Source: Stegostoma tigrinum (lineage: Eukaryota). From it: a DNA stretch of 64,000 nt. Positions within the stretch are counted from its first letter, which is position 1. Every line of letters begins with the position of its first letter. The stretch spans positions 20,544,629 through 20,608,628 of the forward strand of contig NC_081391.1 of assembly GCF_030684315.1 (NCBI RefSeq), given 5' to 3'. The notes beneath the pieces were generated by a model. The model was not told the origin of the DNA and did not search any database. It was given only the letters and a program-made list of their open reading frames with translations. Positions 46,848 through 60,474 of the stretch are shown here, piece after piece. Both the position numbers and the translations under genes were made by a program.

Positions 46848-49525
46848 CATAAATCGAAGAATGAGCAGCGGACGAAGTGACGAGGACCAGAGGCGCAGCC
46901 GGGAAGGAAAGCAGTGACCGTATATATCAGCAAGGCAGCTAAACCCGAGACTCTACAACTGTAGTGTCACCCACCTGCCCTCCTCCTCTAACCTAGTTAA
47001 TAAGGTAAGGTTCATGCTAAACTTTCTCTATTGAATATAAGCTTGCTATTAATTTTATAGCAACTTGAACTGAGCTTTCTACTTTAGTATTGAGTGGGTG
47101 ATCAGATAAGTGGGATATGGATGCTAGGGCAGTTGCTTGCTCCTCCTGCAGAATGTGGCAGGTGGGAGACTTGGCACACGTCTCCGCTGGCTACATCTGA
47201 GGGAAGCACACCCAACTCCAACTCCTTAAACTGTGTTAGGGAAATGGAGCTGGAGCTGGATGAACTACTGATCATTCAGAAGGCAGAGGGGGTAATTGAG
47301 AGGAGTTACCGGGAGTTGGTCACTCCTAAGGCTCAGGACAAGGATAGATGGGTGACAGTTAGGGGGAGGAAAGGAGACAGACAGACACTGCAGAGATCCC
47401 CTGTGGGCATTCCCCTCAGCAATAAGTATACCGTTTTGGATACTGCTGGGGGGATGACCTACCAGAGGAAAGCCATAGTAGTCAGTTCTCTGGCACTGAG
47501 CCTGACGCTGTGGCAAAGAAAGGAAGGGGGAAGAGTAGAAAAGTACTCATGGTAGGGGAATTGACAGGAGATTTTGTGGTCAGGATCGGGATTCCCGGAA
47601 GGTATGTTGCCTCCCTGGTGCCAGGGTCCGGGACGTCTCTGATCGGGTGTATAAGGTTCTAAAAGGGGGGGGGGGGGGGGGGGGGGGGGGGGAGGGCGAA
47701 CAGCCAGAAATCATGTTACATATTGGTCCTAATGATATAGCCAGAAATAGGATTGAGGATATAAAAAGTAATTTCAGGGAGTTAGGATGGAAGCTGCAGA
47801 GCAGGACGAACAGAGTAGTGTTCTCTAGTTTACCACCGGTGCCACGAGATAGCGAGGTGAGGATCGGGGAGCGGGCGCAGCTTAACACGTGGCTGCGCAG
47901 CTGGTGTAGGAGGGAGGGCTTCAGATATGTAGATAATTGGGATGCCTTCTGGGGAAGGTGGCACCTGTACAAGAAGGATGGGTTGCATCTGAACTGAAGG
48001 GGACCAATGTCCTGCGTGGAAGGTTTGCTCAAGTAGTTCGAGAGGGTTTAAACTAGTATGGCAGGGGGGGTGGGAACCTGAGCTGTATACCAGAGGTGAG
48101 CGTTGATGCAGGTGAGGCAGTAGCAAGAGGTAGACCAGCTAGTGGGAAGGATTTTCCTGGGAAGGAACCAAGGGATCGGTTAAAGTGTGTTTGCTTTAAT
48201 GCAAGGAGTATCAGGAATAAAAGTGATGAACTTAGAGCATGGATCAGTACCTGGTGCTATGATGTTGTGGCCAGAACAGAGACATGGGTTTCTCATGGGC
48301 AGGAATGGTTGCTGGATGTTCCAGGGTTTAGAACATTTAAAAAGAATAGGGAGGGGGAAAAAGAGGGGGTGTAGCACTACTAATCAGAGAGGGTATCACA
48401 GCTACAGAAGCTTCCTTTGTCGAGGAAGATCTGCCTACTGAGTCAGTATGGGTGGAAATTAGGAACAGCAAGGGAGTAGTCACCTCGTTAGGGGTTTACT
48501 ACAGGCCCCCCAATAGCAGCAGGGAGATTGAAGAAAGCATAGGTCGGCAGATTTTGGAAAAGTGCGGACGTAGTAGGGTTGTTGTAATGGGTGACTTTAA
48601 ATTTCCTAATATTGATTGGAACCTCCTTCGAGCAGAAGATTTGAATGGAGCTGTTTTTGTAAGGTGTGTTCAGGAGGGTTTCCTAACTCAGTACGTTGAC
48701 AGGCCAACGAGGGGAGAGGCCATTCTAGAGATGGGCTGAGAGGTGGCAGATGGAGTTCAACCTGGATAAATGCGAGGTGATGCATTTTGGAAGGTTGAAT
48801 TTGAAAGCTGAGTACAGGATTAAGGATAGGATTCTTGGCAGTGTGGAGGAACAGAGGGATCTTGGTGTGCAGATACATAGATCCCTTAAAATGGCCACCC
48901 AAGTGGACAGGGTTGTTAAGAAAGCATATGGTGTTTTGGCTTTCATTAGCAGGGGGATTGAGTTTGAGTCGTGTGATCTTGTTGCAGCTCTATAAAACTT
49001 TGGTTAGACCGCACTTGGAATACTGCGTCCAGTTCTGGTCGCCCTATTATAGGAAAGATGTGGATGCTTTGGAGAGGGTTCAGAGGAGGTTTACCAGGAT
49101 GCTGCCTGGACTGGAGGGCTTATCTTATGAAGAGAGGTTGACTGAGCTCAGACTTTTTTCATTGGAGAAAAGGAGGAGGAGAAGGGACCTAATTGAGGTA
49201 TACAAGATATTGAGAGGCATAGATAGAGTTGATAGCCAGAGACTATTTCCCAGGGCAGAAAAGGCTAACATGAGGGGTCATAGTTTTAAGCTGGTTGGAG
49301 GAAAGTATAGAGGGGATGTCAGAGGCGGGTTCTTTACACAGGTGAGAGCATGGAATGCGTTGCCAGCAGCAGTTGTGGAAGCAAGGTCATTGGGGACATT
49401 TAAGAGACTCCTGGACATGCATATGGTCACAGAAATTTGAGGGTGCATACATGAGGATCAATGGTCGGCACAACATTGTGGGCTGAAGGGCCTGTTCTGT
49501 GCTGTACTGTTCTATGTTCTATGTC
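46848..49525 (+). mobile_element. CR1 LINE with 5' UTR, ORF1 (zinc finger plus SGNH esterase) and internally deleted ORF2
   Basis: ORF1 starts MDARAVACSSCRMW at 47117, with HIGPND and DGLHLN esterase motifs. EN motifs FNARSI, YYRPPN, MGDF..PNIDW, RPTRGEAIL are fused at ~48728 to the RT C-terminus (FNLDKCEVMHFG, VRPHLEYCVQFWSP). (GTTCTAT)n tail. Confidence 0.95.
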
Positions 49526-49642
49526 CTATTATTGTACTATGAATCCAGAAACCCAGATAACAGCTGAGGGACTGGGGTTTGAATTCCACCATGGCAGATG
49601 GTGGAATTTGAATGCAATAACTTCGGCAAAGAAGCCTAATGA

Positions 49643-49953
49643 TGGGTGGCTCAGTGGTTAGCACAGCTGCTTCACAGTACCAAGGGCCCAGGTTCAATTC
49701 CACTCACAGATGACTGTGTGCAAATGCCACACAGACATTCTCTCCCTATGTTTGTGTGAGTTTGCTGTGGTTTCCTCCCACAATTGCAAAGATGTGTGGC
49801 TTCGGTGGATTGGCCAGGCTATATTGTCCTATAGTTTCTAGGGAGTGTAGATTAGGTTGGTTCTAGGGGATAGGCCTGGGTGGGATGCTCTGAGGGTCAG
49901 TATACACTTGTTGGGCTGAAGGGCCTGTCTCCACACTGTAGGGGTTCTATGAT
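49643..49953 (+). mobile_element. HE1-like tRNA-derived SINE
   Basis: GTGGCTCAGTGGTTAGCAC...GGTTCAATTCC...GTTCTATGA. Confidence 0.85.
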
Positions 49954-51696
49954 GACTGTGCATTTGCTGCCAATTGTTTGGGAGGGGGGAACCAAATGGG
50001 TCACGAATGCCCTTTTTAGTGAAATAAGCTACTATCCTTACCAGGTCTAAACTACATCTGACTCCAGACATGCAGCAATGTGGTTGATTCTGAACTGCCC
50101 TCTGGGCAATTGAGAATGGGCAATGAATGCTGACTAGCCAGTGATGCCCTCATCCTGTGAGTGAATTTTAAACAACAACTCTACCTTGTGACCTTTGTTC
50201 ACTGTAAACATTAAAGATAATTCAGTGTTTCTCTCTCTCTGTTGAGACTGTGGTGCTTGTTCTTTCTCCTGTCCTCCCTCCAGAAGCCAGAGCAGGATGA
50301 GTGGGGCAGTGGTCTGGAGGCAATGCAGAGAGCTCTGCAGATGGAGAAGGATGTGAAACAGAGTCTGCTGGGTCTGCACAAACTCTCCTCTGAACTCATG
50401 GGCCCTCATGTGAGTTTCTCCTCTTTAAGAAGTTTTCTTTCCCTTTCATGCTTGCAATCCAGGAAAGCACTATCAGGAATTACAGGAGAAATTCTTTCCA
50501 AAGCTTGGAAGCAAATGATCTTCCTGTGCACTCGAGCAGAAAAGATTTTTCTCAACAGCCATCTGCACACTGTTAAAACTATAACAGTATCACCTGAGCG
50601 TACCTCTCCATCAGTGTGGCTGGGTGATGGTCACATCTGAAATGGAAGATTACTTTCAAATAGCTTTTTGATTCTGTAGAATAATTTTGACTTTGTTTCT
50701 CCTGCTGTGTGACTTCCTGGAGAGGCACTACTTGGATGAGCAAGTGAAGACGATCAAGAAACTGGGAGATCACATCTCCAACCTGGAGACACTGGAACCC
50801 CCTGCGAAGGGCATGAGAGTACTTGTTTGACAAGCTCACCCTGAATTGAGTGGGCTCAATAAACTGTTTGTACAAGGTGACTTCATTCGAGTGAAAGAAT
50901 TTGGTTTGTGCCCTGAACAGAACTAAAATAGTATTCATGATCAAACTGAGTACTTCATGTAATTTCACATCATTTGGCTCTTGAATGTTCTGGCTGTTTT
51001 GCATCTGGTTCTGTTTAGTCCTTAAGCTTTTGGTCTCATCCTAAAGCAATAACAACCCATGTAGCTAGCTGATATTTGAAGTAATTCTTGTTGTGGAATT
51101 TCCATGGCTGCTTAAGCTTTTTGATTTGGAAGCAATGCTCGTTCCCCTGATGGTTTTGTCTTGTGCTGAGTGGACTGATTTTTAAGAACAACCTCTGGTC
51201 CACAAATCAATCAACAGTCTACATGTTAAACACCTAACTGGTGCTCTGTCCCTGGCAATGATTGAATCTCTAAAATTTAAAAGAACAATGGACCCTGAAA
51301 ATACGGACAAAATCAAATTCCTTGGATTGGCTCAACAGGTACAGCAGTGCTTTGGAGAAATCCGTTCTCAATGGTCCCCAGCTGAAATATGGACTGATTT
51401 ATCTCTACAAATGCTGCTTGACCTGGTTTTATTTCTAGCAAAGGGTCTTAGTTTAATCATTAACATCTACTGACTGCAGTCGGTTCGAGTTCCCCCAACA
51501 GGAATAAAAATGATCACAATTGCACAATACACTGTTGTGACTGCTTTTGGGTGATTGTTAGCTCATTGTTTCCAAGGTAGGGAATTCAGTTTCTCTGCTG
51601 GCAGACTTTCTTGCTGCACTATCAAGCCTGCTGTTTTCCTTTTCAGCCCATTTTTTAAAAGAATAAAGAGGCAAAAAGTAGGTGAGTGACTGTTCT

Positions 51697-51815
51697 GAGT
51701 TAACAAGGTGTAGAGCTGGATGAATACAGCAGGCAGAGACACATCTTCATTTTCTGAAGAAGGGTCTAGGCCCGAAATGCCAGCCTTCCAGCTGTGTTCA
51801 TCCTTTTGTTATCAA
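51697..51815. mobile_element. Internally deleted palindromic family-A element with 10-bp TSD
   Basis: TGACTGTTCT on both sides; core CTGAAGAAGGGTCTAGGCCCGAAATGCC. Confidence 0.75.
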
Positions 51816-53069
51816 TGACTGTTCTACCAGCTTCAGAATGCTCCACTTAGCACTTCCAACAGCTTGAATTGGATGAAAGGTGGGGCAGCTAAGAGCTGAT
51901 GTGTGACACTCACATTTCCCAAGTAAGACTTCTTGCTCAAGGGAGAATTAGAAATTAAATAAGCGATGAGTTACATATGAATAAAATTTTAAAGCCGACT
52001 GCACTTTTAAAGTTGCAGAGCTGGGTCAAACGTTCTATTCAAATTTCCCTGTGTCCAAACTGTCTGAAATAGTGGAGTTGTTTGAAGAGATGTGACCAAA
52101 CTGACTGATATAGCTCATAATCCAGACTTGGTTCTGAGCCATAGGACAATAGGACTTTGTTTTATTAAGCACCACACCAGAAGGGCATTTCCAGTTGCAT
52201 ATCAGCAGTTCCATGCAGAATTCTTTTTTAATAGTGTGTGGTAGGGGAGAACAGACAATATTATCTTTGAGGACAGATGCCTCCTTGATGGGGATTGTCA
52301 GGAGATCAGTGAGGGAATAGAAATAATGACCTTATCCATGCATTTGGGGTGTGGAGGAGAAAGAGTTGCCAGACAAAATCAGGAACTACTCCAGAATCTT
52401 GACAGCCTCCAGCTCACAGCAGAGCTTGATTGGCAAAACAGCCACGAACATTATCTCTTCCACCACTGAGTATAAGAGGATGCTACTGTGGTAGGAAGTT
52501 GGGGCAGTTAATTGGAGGCAACACGCTGGATTGTGGAGGGGACAATATTCATGATGGTGGGGCAACTCAACATATGAGTGGGGTGGGGGGGTGGAGACTG
52601 TAGTCATTGGAAGACATAGGTTACTGTGAGAAGGAAATCATCAATATTCACAACCGTCCTGCCTTTGATGGGTGGGGGAGTGCGTATTGTTACTGAGCAA
52701 GATGGTTGGCGTGACTGAGCTATAAGGCAGGGGCTCAGTGGTCAATATTGATAGATAAAGCTCATTCAAAGAGGTGTGTGGGCATCTTTAGAAGCTCAGT
52801 GCTGATGGCACAACAGGGTTGCAAGGATCATGGAGGTTCAGCTTGGAGGTACCCGTGACTATGTCTCGTGTCACGGGCAACCTATATTACTTGCCATACT
52901 TGTGTGACTCATAGATATATGCTGCAAATGAAAAATGGCTGAGACAACACCCAAAGTAGGTGGAGTAACTTTTGTTTTTTGTCTGAGCATGAGAGCCCAA
53001 ATTGTAATTGTTAATTCAAGGCTCCTCAGGGTCTATTGCTTTAATCTGGTGCTAGCAGTGTACAGATAG

Positions 53070-54120
53070 AGGTTGTCGTCATCGTCATCAGCAATTACTC
53101 ACTAACGAGCATGATTGTCCATCTAGGAATTTCCATGTCGTTGGTGATGTGTTCTTTGGGTCCTTGCACGGTTGATGAGCCTGACCCTAGAGCCACATCT
53201 CCAACCACATTTGGTGGGTGTTTCTGGGAGATGGAAATGGTCCTTGACCTTGAGATCACTGGCATTCCTTTTTCATACTTCCTCTTGCTGACAGGTGTTC
53301 TCAAAGAATTATTTCCCTTCATATTGGAGGTTCCTGCGGGTCAGTTTCTTCTGAGTGAGGGTTTCCCAGGTATTCCTTCAGGTGCATGACTTCGGCAAGA
53401 CATTCTCTAACGTGGAAATGCTGTTGCACATCAGCACACAGGTGTTCCTGGACAGAGCATAGATCCGTTTTTAGTGGCAATAAAACCCAGATGACTGGGG
53501 ATCTCCGTATTCTGCGGCCTTCATCCTTCTTCACGGCTGTCGATGCGTCACAAACATCTTTTGTCTGAATCGCTACTGCGGGCTTGTTTTGGACTGCTTT
53601 TGTCTGGTTCCTCCCCTCTGACCTTACTTTCATGGGTGACCCTTCCAGGAGTATGTAAACACATGCAGTGTCACGAGCAGTCTTAACCATGTCACTGGTC
53701 AATGAAGATTGAAGACAGTCATCTCTGTATAACAGAGATAATCACAGGTGACCTTAAAAAGTGGCATCTGTGGCATCATAAAGATATTCCAAGATCTGAT
53801 ATGTTGCATAAGGGCAGACAACTGAGCACCCATCATCTTGAACTGTAAACATTCACCAGCATGCTTTTCTATGCTATATTGTCTTTTTGGGGTAACGTAG
53901 GGTGTGAGGACAAGGTATCAGCAATCACACTGCACCTATAACCTCCTACTTTATTCGCATAATATGACTTGTACTGTATGCATTGAAAAAGTCCCACTAT
54001 CATAGGTCCTTGTGGAGGTATCGCCTGATTTTAGCATTCCTTTTTGAAGTCCTTCGTGTCCTGATGTAAGGATGCCAATGCTGAGCGTCATTTGAGAGTG
54101 ACCGAAATGCTGTTAGCCCA
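53070..54120 (-). mobile_element. RTE-clade LINE 3' fragment, degenerate
   Basis: Minus strand encodes WETL...FFE...CGWRCGSRVRLINRARTQRTH, resembling the RTE C-terminal C2H2-like motif, then a (GATGAC)-type tail; 5' boundary uncertain. Confidence 0.6.
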
Positions 54121-54360
54121 CTTTGCTAAGGACCCGTTCTGTTTCTTATATTCTCCACATAAGTTAGTTGGAATTGTGGCCGATGTGTCCAGCCATAACA
54201 GGGGTTATTGTTGTGTTTGTTGTGGGGCAACAACGATGCGGAGAACCTGAGAACAACAGATTGGTGAACGAGCCCAGGATCAACAGCTACTTCGAGTGAT
54301 CTGCTGAGCAGCTCCACATGAAGCCACCATAGTAGAACGTCCCTGAGCATTTACAAGAAC

Positions 54361-55440
54361 GTCCCTCTGTGTAGAAGTTTTAGGGATGGCTGTAATTGAT
54401 ATTTTAAAGAGGATTTATGGATTTGACAGGGTAAATAGAGAGAACCTGTTTTTTCTCAAAGGTCATCTAGGAGTTTTCCATCTTTGAAGCTGTTTCCTCC
54501 AGATTAATATGTTTTGAACAGGGTAGCACGGTGGCTCAGGGGTTAGCACTCACCTCACAGCGCCAAAGGCCCCGGGTTCGATTCCAGCCTCGGGTGACTG
54601 TCTGTGTGGAGTGTGCACATTCTACCCATGTCTGCGTGGGTTTCCTCCCACATTCCAAAGATGTGCAGGTTAGGTGGATTGGCCATGCTAAATTGCCCAT
54701 AGTGCCCAGGGATGTTCAGGTTAAGTGAGTTAGACGTGGGAAATGGGTCTGGGTGGGATGCTCTTCAAAGGGGCGGTGTAGACGTGTTGGGCCGAATAGC
54801 CTGTTTCCACACTGTGGAGATTCTATGATTCTATGATGCTCACGGACTGCACTGTCTACCATCGGCCAAATGCTGCAGAAATTCACCAAAGCTCCTTTTG
54901 CCAAGACCTTCCAAAACCCCAATTAATTTGCAAAGAACAAGAGCAGCAGCTACATGGGAACACCACCCCCTGTGAGTTCTACTTCAAGACACTCACCATC
55001 CTGACTTGGAAACATAGCCCCATTCCTCCAGTGTTGATGGGTCACAATCCTGGAATTCCCTCCCTAACAGCACTGGGGATCTGCCGACACCCCAGAGGCA
55101 ACAGCAAGTCAAGAAGGCAAGCCACCACATCCTCTAATGTTAGGCCTGATCTCAGAGCAGTTCAAACATCTCTGGATGGAAGTTCATTTGTGAAATTGTC
55201 AAGTTCCAGTCCAGCCATATCTGGAGTGCACAGTTCTGGCAGATTAGACCCAAATATGGTTATGCACAGAATTTCTGGACTGAAACTAGATACAGAACTG
55301 GTTAAATGATGACAACAGTTTGTCCAAGTCCCTCTGTGTAGAAGGTTAAGGGATGGCTGTAATTAATATTTTTAAGAGGATCTATGGATTCGACAGGGTA
55401 GACAGAGAGAACCTGTTCCTTCTCAAAGGTCATCTAGGAC
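54361..55440 (+). repeat. Direct duplication of a ~110-bp CR1-derived segment (54361-54472 and 55329-55439)
   Basis: GTCCCTCTGTGTAGAAG...TCTCAAAGGTCATCTAGGA occurs twice. Confidence 0.75.
54521..54836 (+). mobile_element. HE1-like tRNA-derived SINE, full length
   Basis: GCACGGTGGCTCAGGGGTTAGCAC (A box), GGTTCGATTCC (B box), tail ATTCTATGATTCTATGA. Confidence 0.92.
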
Positions 55441-56124
55441 TGAGTGTGGAAAAGGATTATAATCTTCACATTAGAATTGAATCATTCAGGATAATGTTTT
55501 TCTCTCTGAAAAATAAAGATCCAATTAACTTAAAATTGGGAACCACTAACTAAAACAAAGCCTGCTGGATAGGCTTTGCAGGTCTGGCAGGATTTGTGGG
55601 AGAAAGCAGGTTGTTTTTTGGCCCAATGACCTTTTCCTGAGTGTCTTTTATTAGATACTAACTGATGCAACACATTCTTCCACTTGAAATGTGAATGATC
55701 TAGAAACAAATCAGTCATGGTTTGGTGTAATCAGGTAAGTAATATGGGGAGCTGGCTGAGATATCTTGGCACCCTGGTCAAGATGCACAGTCCCTCCATT
55801 CAGTAGGACCATGACCTGACTGGCTTCCAGCCCTAAGTGTTTCTAACCATGAGTGCAGGGTTGTCTAATGGCTGTATCCACCTGTGAATGTCATAGTCCA
55901 CCATATCTCACTCATTGCAATGTCTCTTCCCTGACACCAGTCAGAGGCTGCAGCTGTGTTTATTGCCTCTATTTTGAGGGGTGAACATGTCTGGTTTTGG
56001 ACTATCATCAATGTGACAACTTTTCTCTCTTGGTCCATCTATCAACATCCTGTTGTTGAAAGCAAAAACAAAGTGATTGGTTAAAGTGAGCCATTGAGAC
56101 TGACATTTGCTTCCAACTTTGCAG

Positions 56125-57320
56125 TTTTCTTACTTTGACCGGGATGATGTTGCCCTGCGTCACTTTGCTGTGTTCTTCAAGGAGCAGTACCATGAGGAGC
56201 GGGAACATGCTGAGAAACTAATGGCATTCCAGAACAAACGCGGTGGCCAAGTCCTCCTGCAGGACATCAAGGTTGGATTCTTGATCTTCAAGTTGGCAGG
56301 TCTGTGAGCTGACTAGTACACCTCTATCTGTTGAGCTTTAGGACTGAGTAAATGCTCTGAATGGTAGGTTACTCACTGAAACAAAATATGGCTTCATTTT
56401 GAAGGAAATGCCTTTTTTCTTGTGTTCCAAGAGCAGTAGGCAACTGAGATGATCCAGAATACTGGATGGTGAGGAAGTGTAAACAATCAGGCCACAGAAG
56501 GTAAGACTAGATTTCTAGGAGAAGAAAGCAGCAGCTTTCAGCCTTGCCTTATCTAGATGTTTCTAATGTTGTGATCAGAACAATTCCAAGGCATAGAATA
56601 GCAAAGCAAGGAATTACTTCCATTGGTACCTATTCTCCCACTGTAGGATATGCTTAAACTTGCTCTTTCAGAACCATGTGAAATCTAGAGGTTGTTTGAT
56701 GCCAAAGTAAAGTTGGTCTGAAGTACCTCCCTACAATGATGACAGACAACTAACTGATCAGATGTAGACTAATGATCCAACTGCCTACTGAGCTGTGCTT
56801 TGTTCCTGCTTCCCTCCCTCCAGAAGCCAGAGCAGGATGAGTGGGGCAATGGTCTGGAGGCAATGCAGAGAGCTCTGCAGATGGAGAAGGATGTGAACCA
56901 GAGTCTGCTGGATCTGCACAAACTCGCCTCTGGCCACACAGACCCTCATGTGAGTTTCTTTCACTTCTAAATGGAGGAAAAAGTTCTAGTGTACTCACTA
57001 GAACATCCAGTTACCTTCTCACAGCCCCCTGCAGGCTGTTAAAACAGCCTTTCAAAGGCATTACCCTGAGTGCACCTCCACATGGTGGTGATGGTCACAT
57101 CTGTTGTGGGAGATCACTTTCAGACATCTCTTTTTGATCCTTTTGGATACTTTTTTCCTTCCAGCTGTGTGACTTCGTGGAGAGGCACTACCTGGATGAG
57201 CAAGTGAAGATGATCAAGAAGCTGGGAGATCACATCACCAACCTGAAGAGACTGGGAGCCCCTGACAATGGCATGGGAGAGTACCTGTTTGACACTCTCT
57301 CACTAGGGGAGAGCGACTGA
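56125..57320 (+). CDS. Ferritin copy 8: intact exons 2-4, exon 1 not found (partial gene or pseudogene)
   Basis: Exons 56125-56271, 56824-56949, 57165-57320, GT-AG, open frame, ends [15 protein letters not shown] 57421-57426. No exon-1 homolog seen between 50.9 and 56.1 kb. Confidence 0.78.
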
Positions 57321-57469
57321 ACTGACTGCAGGGAATGGGTACTTATTGTGTTATTCAGTCAAATGGCTCATGTCTCTCGTGGTGACCTTGGCTTTATTGT
57401 GAAAAGGGCTTTTTGAACTGAATAAAATGCTCACTACCTGTAGTCTGTATGCTTTCTCTTGGAATAGTA

Positions 57470-57720
57470 CCATCAATGGGATGGAGAAACTGAGTTGGTG
57501 GCTGGAAGGGGAGGAGGTGGTGATGGGTGGAAACTGTGAAATTGGGGAAGTCCATGTTCTGAATCCTCCATGCAGTAGCGTGCCCAGACAGAAGATAAGG
57601 TTGTTCTTCAAATGTGTAATGGAGGAGGCCAAGTTTGGGTTGGAGTTTAAATGGGCAGTGACGGGGAGGTTAGGCTGGTTGTTACAGACCAGGTGAAGAT
57701 CCTCAATGAAACAAAAGGCC
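57470..57720 (-). mobile_element. Penelope-like (Neptune-type) GIY-YIG endonuclease C-terminal fragment
   Basis: ORF 57351..57722(-) contains LPVTAHLN and LIFCLGTL..GG motifs. Confidence 0.65.
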
Positions 57721-60474
57721 AATCTTTGCTCTGTATTACCAGCTTAAACTGGTGTTTTTCACCTCAATTAGGAATTATCACTTCAGTGGAGGTTTGTGTA
57801 CTATTAATTTAATACCATTTCATTTTTATGAAAATCAAGGTTAGCCTATTAACCAGCGATCCAGCACTTAAAACATAGTCTAACCTAACTTTAATAGACA
57901 TGAGTGCCTCACCCAAATTTGTCAATTATCCCAAAGGACTACCCCTAAATGCAAGAAACTGGTTTCTCTCCCACCTTGCAGCTGAGGAAAGCACTGACTT
58001 CCAACATGTGATGCTGGACACTTTGGAGATGAATAGTTTTCTTCTTTCAAGTTCAAGAAAAACAATTCTGTTCAAAGAAACTGTCTGATTTCTTGACTAA
58101 TTCCTGTGTCACAATTTTAGCTGTGCATTTCCTTTCCTTCCTACCCACCCCTGATCTGTTACAGCCAGTTCCTTGGCAAATGTCCGTTAGCCATCAATAT
58201 TCCAGGCAGGATATCGTTAGCTGGTTACAACCCTAGATGAGAAGTGATTTAATGGGAGCCAGTTTCAGTTCACCTGTCAGTGGAACAGCATTATCCATTG
58301 ATACCTTTCCTTGAACAAATACTTTTGAAAAGTGTGAAAGGAGACATTAATCAGGCTTTCAACTTGAAAGGAAAGTGTAAGAGTTGTCAAGCAGCATATT
58401 AAGTAAATAACACATTCAGATGGTAAACAGAAAGTGACTATGAAAATGACAGCATAGAATTAGGCCCCTACACTTTAGCTCTGCCACTCAATCATGTTTC
58501 TCAATCCCCATTTTCCTGCCTGTTCCCTGTGATCCTTGGTCCCTTTCTAACTGGATACCTGTTGATCTGTCTTAAAACTCAATTGGGCCTCTACAGCCCT
58601 ATTTGGCAACAATTTCCACCAACTAACGACCCTCTGGCTGGAGAAATTCCACAAGGTTTTATAAATCAGTCTGAAGTTCTGTGACAAATGTGTGAAATGG
58701 CCACTGTGTTGGAATTTATCGGTAATGTTGACATTTGTGAAGCAGTTAATATGAAGAACCTGAGCTTTGTGCAGTTGTTGAAAAGAAAACCACACAAACA
58801 TCTTTCAATGTGACTTTAGCTTCCAACTCAGTGTGATTGCTTCCTTCTTTACCTGCAGCATAGGGGTGTCTAATGGCTGCTCTGAGGTTGTGACACGCGC
58901 ACACCTTTTCTTTCAATCTTGGAAGCTTAAAACACAGTTTGGAACATAATCCACAGGTGATGGTTTTCTATTGAGGGGGATATTCAGCCTTCCACTGTTA
59001 CTGCAGCCAAAACGGTTCACTATCTAACTTGTTTCAAATTGCATCTCTTCTTTTGAGGAGCAGCTTTTCAGGTGTGACATTCCATGTTTCCTCTCAGGGC
59101 TTTGCTAGTTGCTCATTTCAAACCCATAGTCATCTGTTGGCCAAATGTCCTCTTTTCAAAGGCTCAAATTCTCATTAAAAGCTCAATCTATCTGTAAGTA
59201 GTCATGGGTTTTGATCCATTGAAATGAAAGAAGCAATTTGGATATTTTTCCTTTACAGACATGTTCCAAAAGCTCTCAATCTCTCCAAACCAGCAGCTCC
59301 TCCATTAACATGCCAGTTTGAATTTGGGTGCAGTGTCAAACATATTGTATTTTGGTACCTGGGTACCAACTGCTTGCATTTTCCATGAGCAGTTTCTCTC
59401 CTTGATGTTAGTCACAGGGTTGTATAGAAGTCTGTGGTGGATGATGAGTTACACAAAAGCTCACCATATCTTAGTGCTTTATTACGTTGTAGTAACTCGT
59501 ATTCATTGGCAGTCCCTCAGGGTTGAGAATACCTTGCTTTCCTCCAGGGCTGGGGGTTCTGTGGTGGCTGAATGGACCAATCCTGGAGGTGCAGACTCTA
59601 CCCCATGTGTCAGTTGGTGGTCGTGGGGGTGGGGTCGGTGTTTGAGGAGGCAGGTGGGTGAGACCCTCTGGATCCTGTGCTCGGACCATAATCAGTGATA
59701 CTCAAAGATGTTGCTGTCTTTGTGGATGTTTCTTCTCTAGTTTGTGCATTTCAAGGGCAAGTAATTCCGTTGCATAAGTGGGAATTTCACATTTATTTAG
59801 AGAGGCTTTCAGAGTGTTGCTCTGCCCTCCTCATGATCACTTACCCATGCAGACCAATTTTTAAAAGTTCTTTCACAGGATGTGGGCATCTTCGGCAGGC
59901 CAGCATTTATTGCCCCTCTCTAATTGCTCAGGGGGCCATTGAAAGTCCACCACATTGCTATGGGTCTGTAGTCACATGTAGGGCAGAGCAGGTAAGGCAG
60001 GGGGCTTCCTTCCCTAAAGCACATCAATTACCTAATGGATTTCTAAGGACAATCGCTAGTGGTTTCACAGTCGTCAGTAGATTTGTAATTCCAGGTTTTT
60101 TTGTATTGCATTCAAATCCCACCATCTGCTGTGTTGGGATTTGAACCAACTTGCTCCAATCACCAAATAGCCAATGCTTCATCCAAAGGCTGTGCTATAC
60201 ATCAGAAAGAGTGTAATTCCATGTTCACTCATAGATTAACCCTTTCATGTACGTTATCTTTTGCAACAATATCAAGTAGGAATCTTCCATTTCCAAATCC
60301 TTCTGGATTTCCATTGGCCTCCATCACACCACTAACGATTTAAAGTTTAAATGGTGACAGTTTAAATTTGCCCATTTTAACTCGAGAGGATTCTGAAGGG
60401 ATGGGGGAATCCAGATTGAACAGCGGTTACAAAAAGTGTTTGGGGATATAACAAAAAGAAACAAGTGCAGGTAC

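Larger units (their letters stand above)
45760..50849 (+). pseudogene. Ferritin copy 7, pseudogene interrupted by a CR1 insertion
   Basis: Exon1 45760-45861 open but divergent ([34 protein letters not shown]). Exon2 46589-46735 has TAA 46691 and TGA 46712. Exon3 50284-50409. Exon4 50705-~50849 has an AG>TG acceptor and a 2-nt deletion. Confidence 0.93.

Noticed and set aside
47664-47692. Long poly-G runs (also ~542-558, 1341-1361, 21887-21904) as G-quadruplex signals
   Set aside because: Simple homopolymer expansions, mostly in or near repeats; lengths unreliable and not conserved between paralogous units
54521-54590. tRNA-like sequences with A and B boxes (also ~39130-39200, 49645-49700)
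   Set aside because: They are SINE heads that continue into the HE1-like body and CR1-type tail, not tRNA genes
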